This document shows, piece after piece, positions 1 through 8,253 of a stretch of DNA of 21,231 bases; position 1 is the first letter of the stretch; each line of letters starts with the position of its first letter. The stretch lies in assembly GCA_964426185.1 (NCBI GenBank), contig CAYRPF010000060.1, positions 1 to 21,231 on the forward strand, read 5' to 3'. The notes under the pieces are model-generated. The model was not told where the DNA came from and ran no database searches. It saw only the letters and a list, made by a program, of their open reading frames with translations. Source of the DNA: an uncultured archaeon (GTDB taxonomy: Archaea; Asgardarchaeota; Lokiarchaeia; Sigyniarchaeales; Promethearchaeaceae). Position numbers and translations under genes: made by a program.

Positions 1-74
1 TGTCATCCGTAGTGGTGTCATCTGTTGTGGTGTCATCCGTAGTGGTGTCATCTGTAGTGGTGTCATCTGTAGTT
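1..74 (-). repeat. 15-bp coding tandem repeat (about 5 copies visible, likely continuing beyond the window) encoding (TTDDT)n
   Basis: Units TGTCATCYGTWGTGG at 1, 16, 31, 46 and a partial unit at 61. Confidence 0.95.
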
Positions 75-1855
75 CCCGCAGCGATTACATCAATTTCCAT
101 TGAATAGTTGGGATTTTGGTCAAATACGTAAACCAGAATATAATAAGTGCCGGTAGAACTGATCATCACATCTATATGTTCATTGTCTGTTGTTGTTTCA
201 GAGATCCCTAATACATTTGCTCCATCATCTAAAAAGGCGACATCAATGTCTCCAACAGCATGACTGAAATATAAGTCGATAATTATTTGTTGATCTGATT
301 GTAATGAAATAACATACCAATCATCATCCAACGCACATAAATTACTATAAATTCCTTCGGTCACCGGGGTGGCATGTTGGAAATCATCATTATCTTCGTA
401 GATATCATCTTCCACAACGGAGGTAATTGTGATTGTCATATCGTAGTGAGGATTTGATTCATAATTATCCACAAGAATGTAATAGTAACCCGAAGTCACC
501 GTTGTATAAGATATCTGTTCATCATCTGTAGTTGTGGCCGACGCGGCAACCAAAATTTCACTAGAATCAAATAAACCTAAATCTAGATCTCCCTCACTAT
601 TATAAAACTCAATTAAAACATCGATGATCTGACTTTCATCCAAGTAAATTTTGTAATAATCTTCGTCTAATCCGGCTAAATCGGGATAATAACCCTCAGA
701 AATCAATGGAGCACTTGCGAAATCATCGTTATCTTCATATTCATCATCTGGAACAGAGATAGTTAATGTCATGTCATAATTCGGATTGATTTCAAAGTCA
801 TCTATATGAATATAGTAATTTCCTGCAGTATCTGCAATGTATTCCACATACTCATCATCAGTGCTTGAAGAAGAAGCATCTACCATTACTTGACTTGGAT
901 TGTATAGTTCTAAATCAATATCACCATTTATATCAGAAAACTCTATTAAAACTTGGATCAATTCCCCAGTATTCACCCAAATCTTGAACCAATCGTCATC
1001 GCTACAAACCAAATCGGGATAAAATCCCTCAGAAATTGGATATGCTGCCCCAACTTCATCGTTATCTTCATAGTTATCGTCTACTATTTCCAAACTGTGC
1101 ACTAAATCGGTAGGCTGCTGATCGGAATCATAATTCCAAAATACAAAATACCACACATCCTCATATGGAATTGTAAATCGGCCAGAATCTGACCAATACC
1201 CTCCGCTTGAGAGAGAATAATATGTGTAGGAATATCCATTTGAAAAATCCCAGTACTGCTCATCATCCATTGCCATAGCTGTAATACCCACATATGTATT
1301 ACTTCCAGTGAATTCCCAATCCACCATGATTCCATCAGCCAAAGGATCTAAGAAATATGTATATCTCCACGAATTGTAACCAACATAATAACCGTTGAAA
1401 TAATTATAAGTGATAGAACCTGAATATGTAAGCATGGTGCTTTGCATATCTGAATCCCAATTGACAAAAATGACATACCAGGTATCAGAGTATGGTACAG
1501 TAAATGTCCCTGAATCAGAAATAAAATTTCCGCTTGATTGTGGGTAATATGTGTACGAATAACCGTTGTCAAAGTTGTAGTAATTAGCAGAATCCATCAT
1601 CATTACTGTAATTCCAACATAAGAGTTAGAACTTGAAAAACTCCAGCTGATTTCATCATTTCCTGCTGCATCATCCCAGTAGTATCCTGCCCATTCTCCA
1701 TAATTTAGAACTGTTAAATCTTGAGATAGTGGCTTGTTTGAAGGAATATGTGCTGATTGGTTTTTGTCTTTAGCATTTTTTATTCCTGCAACACTGCTAA
1801 AACTTACTAAAAGGAGTAAACACAACAAGAAAGCATTCATTTTCAATTTTTTCAT
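1..1855 (-). CDS. Secreted/cell-surface modular protein (>=618 aa, 3' end outside window): signal peptide, 2 beta-rich repeats, 3 PPC-like repeats, Thr/Asp-rich linker
   Basis: Manual translation from ATG at 1855 (MKKLKMNAFLLCLLLLVSFSSVAG...) stays open to position 1. Three ~112-aa repeats begin DDxYEDND (near 1081, 749, 410) and contain DxD[WY][FY], GD[IL]D[LV] and GxYYI, typical of pre-peptidase C-terminal domains. SD-like GAGGGA lies upstream. Absent from the ORF track because no stop codon is in the window. Confidence 0.9.
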   Translation of the reverse strand, partial: MKKLKMNAFLLCLLLLVSFSSVAGIKNAKDKNQSAHIPSNKPLSQDLTVLNYGEWAGYYWDDAAGNDEISWSFSSSNSYVGITVMMMDSANYYNFDNGYSYTYYPQSSGNFISDSGTFTVPYSDTWYVIFVNWDSDMQSTMLTYSGSITYNYFNGYYVGYNSWRYTYFLDPLADGIMVDWEFTGSNTYVGITAMAMDDEQYWDFSNGYSYTYYSLSSGGYWSDSGRFTIPYEDVWYFVFWNYDSDQQPTDLVHSLEIVDDNYEDNDEVGAAYPISEGFYPDLVCSDDDWFKIWVNTGELIQVLIEFSDINGDIDLELYNPSQVMVDASSSSTDDEYVEYIADTAGNYYIHIDDFEINPNYDMTLTISVPDDEYEDNDDFASAPLISEGYYPDLAGLDEDYYKIYLDESQIIDVLIEFYNSEGDLDLGLFDSSEILVAASATTTDDEQISYTTVTSGYYYILVDNYESNPHYDMTITITSVVEDDIYEDNDDFQHATPVTEGIYSNLCALDDDWYVISLQSDQQIIIDLYFSHAVGDIDVAFLDDGANVLGISETTTDNEHIDVMISSTGTYYILVYVFDQNPNYSMEIDVIAAGTTDDTTTDDTTTDDTTTDDTTTDD

Positions 1856-2003
1856 GATTTTTTCCCTCAAAAAAATGTGATTGTAAATACACATTTGTAT
1901 CAAATATTCCATTATAGATTTATATATATTTTGTTTTATTTGTTAATAATGAAGTTAAACCACTATTTCATTTAACGGGAAAAAGTATGAAATTAAAAAA
2001 ATA

Positions 2004-2906
2004 CTAAAAGAACCAGCTGATGGCAAATCCTACATTAACAATCACCACTGGTATCATCAAAATCAAGTATAATCGCTTCAATCCTTTTCTCACACTGTCA
2101 AAATCAATTAAGAAACTCATAATTAAGACACCTATAGTGTTTGCTAATGCCGCATTTTCTACTTGAGCCAGTTGATCAATCAAAATCTTCTTTGGTTCGT
2201 GAAAATGGCTGTTTATATATTCTTCAAAGAGATCAAGGTGTACTTCGATATATCCTGGCCTTCCTTCCAAATTATCTTCATAAGCTAGGTAGGTTTCATT
2301 GTAGATAAATGAGGTATATACGTAAGTAAAAGCAAAATCTATACCATCTTCGTTAATCCAGCGAATATCCCACTGTTCCAGATCTTCTTGAGTAAGTACT
2401 ACCTGCCCGAATCTATTCATTTCATCTAAAATTTGGGAATTCTTCTGTGATGGTGTTAAACTTGATCGATAAAACCAAAAAGTAAAAATTTCCTCGGTAA
2501 AGAGCCATTGAATTACAGGATTATCATAATTCTTCAAATAAATGTCTTTGAAATTATACCAACTATCGGTAAATTTAAGAAGATATACAAGTAAATCTTT
2601 ATACGCTTCAGTGGGATCTTTTCCCATCGTGTTTACTTCACCAAAAGTTTTATAGTCCAACTCCAGCAAGTCAAACCATAAATTTTCGTAGTTAAGTTTT
2701 AAATCAAGTAAATTGTCATAAAGTGCATAATAAGTGCTCTCATTCTGTTCTGCGGTATTTATGCGGGCATTTATGGCATTTCCTGTAAAATATTGAAACA
2801 TGGAGGTACCAATAAAAAGCAAGCCGATAATATAAATAACGGTTTGAAATTTCGAGAATTTTGATCTTTCCGAGAATACATTATCAGTTTCAAATTCAAT
2901 GCTCAT
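2004..2906 (-). CDS. Hypothetical membrane protein (1 N-terminal TM, large loop, 2 C-terminal TMs); paralog of 2912..3736
   Basis: 300-aa ORF with hydrophobic segments VIYIIGLLFIG, IGVLIMSFLI and LYLILMIPVVIVNVGFAISWFF; shares motifs with the neighbouring gene. Confidence 0.8.
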   Translation of the reverse strand: MSIEFETDNVFSERSKFSKFQTVIYIIGLLFIGTSMFQYFTGNAINARINTAEQNESTYYALYDNLLDLKLNYENLWFDLLELDYKTFGEVNTMGKDPTEAYKDLLVYLLKFTDSWYNFKDIYLKNYDNPVIQWLFTEEIFTFWFYRSSLTPSQKNSQILDEMNRFGQVVLTQEDLEQWDIRWINEDGIDFAFTYVYTSFIYNETYLAYEDNLEGRPGYIEVHLDLFEEYINSHFHEPKKILIDQLAQVENAALANTIGVLIMSFLIDFDSVRKGLKRLYLILMIPVVIVNVGFAISWFF

Positions 2907-2911
2907 TATTT

Positions 2912-3736
2912 CTACCCCCCTTTCAAAAAGATTAAAATTGAAGCCCTTACAGCTACAAATATTACTCCTAGTGCAATAATTAGATAGAACCCCTTCCAGA
3001 ATCCTGACACATCATCAAAATTTACAATATAGCCTATGATCAGTAAACCTAACATGGTTAAACTCACCATAGCATTAAGTTGACTTAATTGTTGACCGGC
3101 TTTTGACAAGGGTTGCTGAAAATGAGATTCCACATAATCATCAAATTTCCAAAAATCAACTACAATTAAAAATGGCATATTCCCCAACCAATCCTTTAGG
3201 ATAGAATATGATGCTGCAAAGAAGAAGAAATCGGCACTTTGTGCATAGGCCACGGTGCTCCATTCTTCAAAATTATCGATATTATATTTACTTTCAAAGG
3301 TAGGCAAAATGGTTGAAAAATCCTCCGCCAACCACTGCATTGTGATTATTTTTTCGCTGAAAATCCAATCTACTTCTGCTACTGGATCGTTTAATTTGAA
3401 TAGGAAAAACTCTTCCAAATCTTGATATGGTTCACTGAAGTGGATGGAATTAGCCATTAAACGAATAATTGCTTCTGTAGTGTTGAAGTATCCGTTAGTG
3501 GTGCTGGCATAACAATCAAAATCTAATGCTACATATTCCATATTTACGCGCGATGATTTTTCTGTGATTTCGATAAGATATTGGCGATTTAATTCGGCTT
3601 GCTCGATTCGATTCTCATAATTGCTGATATAATTTGATAAAAAATTCCCATAGGAATATTCAATAACCGAAACCAGAATAAGAAGCACCCCCAAAGCAAA
3701 CACGGCTGATTGATAACGTCTTTCTTTTTTTACCAT
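2912..3736 (-). CDS. Hypothetical membrane protein (3 TM); paralog of 2004..2906
   Basis: 274-aa ORF with the same topology; 5 bp from the downstream paralog; SD-like GAAGGTG upstream. Confidence 0.8.
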   Translation of the reverse strand: MVKKERRYQSAVFALGVLLILVSVIEYSYGNFLSNYISNYENRIEQAELNRQYLIEITEKSSRVNMEYVALDFDCYASTTNGYFNTTEAIIRLMANSIHFSEPYQDLEEFFLFKLNDPVAEVDWIFSEKIITMQWLAEDFSTILPTFESKYNIDNFEEWSTVAYAQSADFFFFAASYSILKDWLGNMPFLIVVDFWKFDDYVESHFQQPLSKAGQQLSQLNAMVSLTMLGLLIIGYIVNFDDVSGFWKGFYLIIALGVIFVAVRASILIFLKGG

Positions 3737-4051
3737 AAAAACACCTTCAAAAACTGATAACTAGGTGTGACTTATATGTATATTAATATTTGCTTTTGTG
3801 CTTATATTGTTTATAATGTTAAAAGCGAAACTGATTTTGTGATTTTCGAATATCTTTCCTCTAACTGAGAAAAATAAGCGCACATTCTTGTTGGGGCTGA
3901 TCATTTATTTGTTGCATCAATTCTTTGAGATACTTGCTCTTTCATAAGAAAATTTTGTGGGAATAGTTAATAAATAGTTGATTATTCGAGATCTTCTCTT
4001 AAGCATTAAATTTAGCGATAATTATAAATAAATTATGAGAAGAAAATTTTA

Positions 4052-4112
4052 TTCATTGTTATTGAAAACTTTTATTCATTGGTAATGAAATGATCTGTTC
4101 ATTTGTAATGAA
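4052..4112. promoter_or_regulatory. Array of three 15-bp palindromes (TTCATT-N3-AATGAA) at 23-bp period, next to a putative BRE/TATA box
   Basis: TTCATTgttATTGAA at 4052-4066, TTCATTggtAATGAA at 4075-4089, TTCATTtgtAATGAA at 4098-4112. TTTTAAAT at 4116-4123 ends about 24 bp before the ATG at 4147. Confidence 0.75.
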
Positions 4113-4146
4113 AATTTTTAAATGGTTTTAATTCGTTTATTTTAAT

Positions 4147-5352
4147 ATGATTTTAAAAAAAGTTTTGAAAGAAATAGTTAAATCTCAAAAAGCAAATCTT
4201 TCAAAATATGATTTCGGAATAGAAAGAGAAATATTAAACGATATTACAATAAATAAGAATTTTGCATTAGTAATATCAGGAATACGAAGATGCGGTAAAA
4301 GTACATTATTAATTCAACTTATGAAAGAATTACCTGACTTCTATTATTTGAACTTCGAAGATACGCGCCTTTTAAGCTTTGATAATTCCGATTTTCAAAA
4401 ACTTGATGAGATATTCATAGAAGAATATGGAGAATCAGAATATTTTTTTTTCGATGAAATTCAAAATATTCAGCAGTGGGAGATTTTTGTTAGATCAAGG
4501 TTAGATCAAGGAAAAAAATTTGTGATAACAGGATCAAATGCATCGCTACTTAGTAAAGAATTAGGAACAAAACTTACTGGTAGACACTTAAGATATGAAT
4601 TATTTCCCTTTTCTTATCGAGAAATGCTCAAATTTTTAAATAAAGAGAATAATATTGCTTCTTTTGAGTATTACTTAAAAAATGGAGGTTTTCCTGAATT
4701 TCTAAAATTAAACAATGAACAAATCCTTCAAGAACTTTTTAACGATATTGTTTTAAGAGATATTGTTGCAAGATACGGCATTAGAGAAATAAAACTCATT
4801 AAAGAATTAGGAATCTATCTTCTTACGAATGTCGGGAAAGAATTTTCCTTCAACAAACTGAAAAGAATTTTCCATGCTGGCTCCATAAATACAATAATTT
4901 CATTTATTTCATATTTTGAAGAAAGTTACTTGCTATTTTCAATATCAAAATTCAGTTTCTCCTTAAAAAAACAAATAGTTAATCCTAAAAAGATTTATTC
5001 GATAGATAATGGATTAACTAAGGCAAATTCCACTTCATTTTCTGCAGATCATGGAAGAATGCTCGAAAACTTGGTTTTTCAAGAACTAAAAAGAAGATAT
5101 AAAAAAATATTCTATTTCAAAGAAAATGGTGAATGTGACTTTGTAATCAAAGAAAAAGAAAAAATAACTTTGGCAATTCAAGTATGCCATGAATTAAATG
5201 AAAATAATATGAAAAGAGAATTTGATGGATTAATTGAAGCCCTAATTAAGTTTAATCTTAAAGAAGGTTTAATATTAACCTATGATGATGAAGATGAAGT
5301 AATATATGAAAATAAAAAAATTATTATAAAACCTGTTCGGAATTGGATGTAA
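4147..5352 (+). CDS. AAA+ superfamily ATPase (AAA_14) with C-terminal DUF4143 PD-(D/E)XK-like domain
   Basis: Walker A GIRRCGKST, Walker B FFFDEIQ, ITGSNA, LTGR, GGFPE, KKIYSIDNG, ENLV and ECDFVI...AIQV motifs; 401 aa. Confidence 0.92.
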   Translation: MILKKVLKEIVKSQKANLSKYDFGIEREILNDITINKNFALVISGIRRCGKSTLLIQLMKELPDFYYLNFEDTRLLSFDNSDFQKLDEIFIEEYGESEYFFFDEIQNIQQWEIFVRSRLDQGKKFVITGSNASLLSKELGTKLTGRHLRYELFPFSYREMLKFLNKENNIASFEYYLKNGGFPEFLKLNNEQILQELFNDIVLRDIVARYGIREIKLIKELGIYLLTNVGKEFSFNKLKRIFHAGSINTIISFISYFEESYLLFSISKFSFSLKKQIVNPKKIYSIDNGLTKANSTSFSADHGRMLENLVFQELKRRYKKIFYFKENGECDFVIKEKEKITLAIQVCHELNENNMKREFDGLIEALIKFNLKEGLILTYDDEDEVIYENKKIIIKPVRNWM

Positions 5353-5522
5353 GCACGATGGTGTTTTATAGGATTCTTCATTCTTTTTATTTTCCCGGCA
5401 ATAAAGGTGCTCATGTATATATGTTTTATTTCGAAAACGGATGAATGATAAATTTTAAAATTTATCAACCTTTCTTTTACTCAGCATAAAAACTTCTGTG
5501 TTCTTTTCTCAGATGGATTTTT

Positions 5523-5594
5523 GCGTCCATTGTGTAGCGGTTATCATCCGGGCCTTCCAAGTCCGGGACCCGGGTTCAATTCCCGGTGGACGCA
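5523..5594 (+). tRNA. tRNA-Gly (anticodon TCC)
   Basis: Acceptor stem GCGTCCA/TGGACGC plus discriminator A; anticodon arm CGGGC-CTTCCAA-GTCCG; T arm CCGGG-TTCAATT-CCCGG; no intron and no encoded CCA. Confidence 0.96.
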
Positions 5595-5661
5595 TCTTCT
5601 TTATATTTTCTTCTAAAAAAGTTAAAAGGCTGATAATTCATAAAGTTAGAATTTGAAAGCA

Positions 5662-5744
5662 CGCACACGGCAGGACTTGAACCTGCGAGCCCGTACGGGC
5701 AATGGATTTCGAATCCATCTCGGTAACCACTTCGATACGTGTGC
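5662..5744 (-). tRNA. tRNA-Ser (anticodon CGA)
   Basis: Minus strand: acceptor GCACACG/CGTGTGC plus discriminator G; anticodon arm ATGGA-TTCGAAA-TCCAT; long variable arm GCCCG-TA-CGGGC; T arm GCAGG-TTCAAGT-CCTGC. Confidence 0.96.
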
Positions 5745-5910
5745 TCAGATATTTTTTATTTTTGCTTATAATTAGAATACAATTAGAAATTTCAAAAATA
5801 CCAGTTTCGCTTGTAAAAAAAATTTTTTGGCACATCGGAACAATCGACCTTCATATTATTGCTAAAGCAAATATTTATCTTTTTAATGAACATATTTCCA
5901 AGTAAGAAGG

Positions 5911-6957
5911 ATGAATGGATCGGTAAATGGAGGCAAAATTCCTCCGAATGGAGTAGAAATTCCAATTATTCAACAAATGTTTAATACTTGTGGTCTTGCA
6001 TCAATCTTAATGCTGAGTCATGATCCTTCCCGCTCGGAAATTCACCAAAATTTGATGAAACTCTTGGAAATCATTCAACCTTTAATAAAAGATGAATGTC
6101 AGAAAATGTTAAATTCATTATGTTTGCAATATGCGGTTCAATATCTTCTTTTAAAAATCCAACATCAAGAGGCGCGCAATTTTCACTTTTTACATAATTA
6201 CCTACACGGGAAATATGGTTATACGTTCGATGATCAAGAAACCGTGCTGTCCTATATGATGAAAACCAAAATGCAACAGTTTTTGGAGACTCAAGATTTT
6301 CTATTATTCGACAGTTATAGGCTTTTTCTTGAACATCACGGGCTTATTACTCCCCATTTATTGCGAAATGAAATGTTGACGATGAAATCCGATTTAGAAT
6401 TAAAATTTCTAATGGAACCTCTGGGATTTTCATTTGAATCCCATGAAACAGGCGATGGAACTGGTGCATTATATATTCCTGTAAAAAAGGTGAGAAACCG
6501 AAAAGAAGGTTTAAAATTTATTCATAGATTGAAGAAATTCGCAAATCAACCAAATAAACGAGTATTATATGGTTTTGCTAATCATTGGGTGGCAGTCTCT
6601 TATATTTCTGAGGTGGATATTGATAATCCTTTGATTTATTATGTCGATCCTATGACTTCTTCAGTAAAACAAGCTGGAGTGGAATTTTTAGATGAATCGC
6701 ACAGGTTTTACGTTTTTACCCGAAATAGGATTAATTATTCTAAATTATGGAAAAATATTTTAGAGATTTCGAAGGAAACGGTAAAGATTGAAAGAAAATT
6801 GCAAGAAACTCATTCTGTAGATAAAGTTCTTGCCGCACGCAGCGAAAAAAATTCAAAAGATGCTCTATTTTCTATTTTAAATCAAGAAAGTTCCAAAAAT
6901 CAAAATCATGAAGATGATTGGGATGTTGAAATCGATTTTGAATTTGAGGATAAATAA
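5911..6957 (+). CDS. Putative papain-fold (C39-like) cysteine peptidase, paralog A
   Basis: IPIIQQMFNTCGLASILM (Gln/Cys), LYGFANHWVAV (His) and IYYVDP (Asp) occur in C39-like order. No signal peptide. Acidic C-terminal tail. Confidence 0.7.
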   Translation: MNGSVNGGKIPPNGVEIPIIQQMFNTCGLASILMLSHDPSRSEIHQNLMKLLEIIQPLIKDECQKMLNSLCLQYAVQYLLLKIQHQEARNFHFLHNYLHGKYGYTFDDQETVLSYMMKTKMQQFLETQDFLLFDSYRLFLEHHGLITPHLLRNEMLTMKSDLELKFLMEPLGFSFESHETGDGTGALYIPVKKVRNRKEGLKFIHRLKKFANQPNKRVLYGFANHWVAVSYISEVDIDNPLIYYVDPMTSSVKQAGVEFLDESHRFYVFTRNRINYSKLWKNILEISKETVKIERKLQETHSVDKVLAARSEKNSKDALFSILNQESSKNQNHEDDWDVEIDFEFEDK

Positions 6958-6998
6958 AGTGAAAATAATTTAGGGATCAACAATTAACTATAACTATC

Positions 6999-8252
6999 GT
7001 GGATCCATCGAATCAAACTTCTTCTCAAGCTACTGTTAGAGATCTTCCATTATATGGCCAGCATTCAAATGCATGCGGGTTGGCCTCCTTATTGATGTTG
7101 CTAGATATTCCTCATAATCCCGAAATCGGAAGATTTTTAGATACGGTTTGGAATCATATAAAACCCTTGTATTCTCAACCAGTAGTAAAAAAAAAGGAAT
7201 ACCAATGGGCCATTGCTTTACAATATATATTGTTAAAAATTTTGGGGTATGCCGATAAAGAGGATTTATATGAATTTTTCAACCAAAGGTTAGAATTTAT
7301 GTATGAAGATCAACGCATCATGAATAAATTCAACCAAGAACAGTATTACAATGAATTATTAAAGAGAAAGAAGTATCTTGAAGCTTATACCTATTTACAT
7401 TATACAGAAGATCACGATTATGTTCTCCCTTTTATCTTGTTTAAAAACTTGCACACTATGAAAACGGATCTTGAATTGAAGATTTTAGCTGAAGTTTTCA
7501 ATTATACGTTCATATATCAAGATGCTGAAGATTATACAGGGGCATTATACTTTACTAATCAAGAATTGGGGCGGGAAATTTCACAATCGGCGCGGGTGAA
7601 ATGGAATCGATTGGAAAAATTCTCGAGACAACCGGATGTTATCATTCTTTACGGACAACAGCACCATTGGTTAGCGGTCCGCGGTGTATACAAACTTCAA
7701 GCTAAAGATAATATTCCAGAAGAAGTCATGGAAGTTTTGCAAGATAATGGAAACAAATTTAAAAAAACAAGCACAATTTCCGACATTTCAGAAATTTTCA
7801 GCACTTCACCTAATTCAAATTCATCCGATTCAAATTTATCCGATTCAAGTTCATCCGATTCAAATTCATCGAAATCAAGTTCTAGAACTCGTAATGGCAA
7901 AGATAAATCCATCTTAGCCGAAATCAGCGCTATTTTTGATGATGAATTTAACACATGGCATCCCCGTCGCCTAATTGTCGATATGAATGATCCTGCTACA
8001 GTGTCTCAAGTGCAATTTTCTTATAAAAGTTTGAACGAATCTGATCGATTTTATATATTTCGAAAACGCTCCGAAAAGGAATATTCAGCTTTTAAATTGC
8101 TTTTAAAATATTTGAAAGATGATTGTTTAGCAGAACAAGTTCGTTGGAATGATTTTTTAGATAAACGTGCTGAATCTGCTAAAAATGCCACAAATAGTAA
8201 AGCACCGAATTCAGAAAATAAAAAAGAAGAATCAAAAAATAATAAAGAATAA
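6999..8252 (+). CDS. Putative papain-fold (C39-like) cysteine peptidase, paralog B, with Ser-rich insertion
   Basis: GTG start. LPLYGQHSNACGLASLLM, LYGQQHHWLAV and VDMNDP. Shares QYxLLKI, TMKxDLELK, TGALY and ESxRFYxF with paralog A. Confidence 0.7.
   Translation: MDPSNQTSSQATVRDLPLYGQHSNACGLASLLMLLDIPHNPEIGRFLDTVWNHIKPLYSQPVVKKKEYQWAIALQYILLKILGYADKEDLYEFFNQRLEFMYEDQRIMNKFNQEQYYNELLKRKKYLEAYTYLHYTEDHDYVLPFILFKNLHTMKTDLELKILAEVFNYTFIYQDAEDYTGALYFTNQELGREISQSARVKWNRLEKFSRQPDVIILYGQQHHWLAVRGVYKLQAKDNIPEEVMEVLQDNGNKFKKTSTISDISEIFSTSPNSNSSDSNLSDSSSSDSNSSKSSSRTRNGKDKSILAEISAIFDDEFNTWHPRRLIVDMNDPATVSQVQFSYKSLNESDRFYIFRKRSEKEYSAFKLLLKYLKDDCLAEQVRWNDFLDKRAESAKNATNSKAPNSENKKEESKNNKE
7806..7880 (+). 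repeat. 15-bp coding tandem repeat x5 encoding SPNSN-SSDSN-LSDSS-SSDSN-SSKSS
   Basis: Units at 7806, 7821, 7836, 7851 and 7866 with consensus TCATCCGATTCAART. Confidence 0.9.
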
Positions 8253-8253
8253 A

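Noticed and set aside
1102-1572. ORFs 1102..1335 and 1348..1572
   Set aside because: They are alternate-frame shadows inside the long minus-strand CDS 1..1855.
4052-4112. Mini-CRISPR interpretation of the 23-bp periodic repeats
   Set aside because: Repeats of 15 bp and spacers of 8 bp are far too short, and no cas genes are present.
3740-5744. tRNA-integrated genomic island around the AT-rich ATPase gene
   Set aside because: I saw no integrase and no duplicated tRNA end (att site) in the window.
5280-5905. ORFs 5280..5468, 5638..5835 and 5702..5905
   Set aside because: They overlap the ATPase 3' end or tRNA-Ser and have no protein-like motifs.
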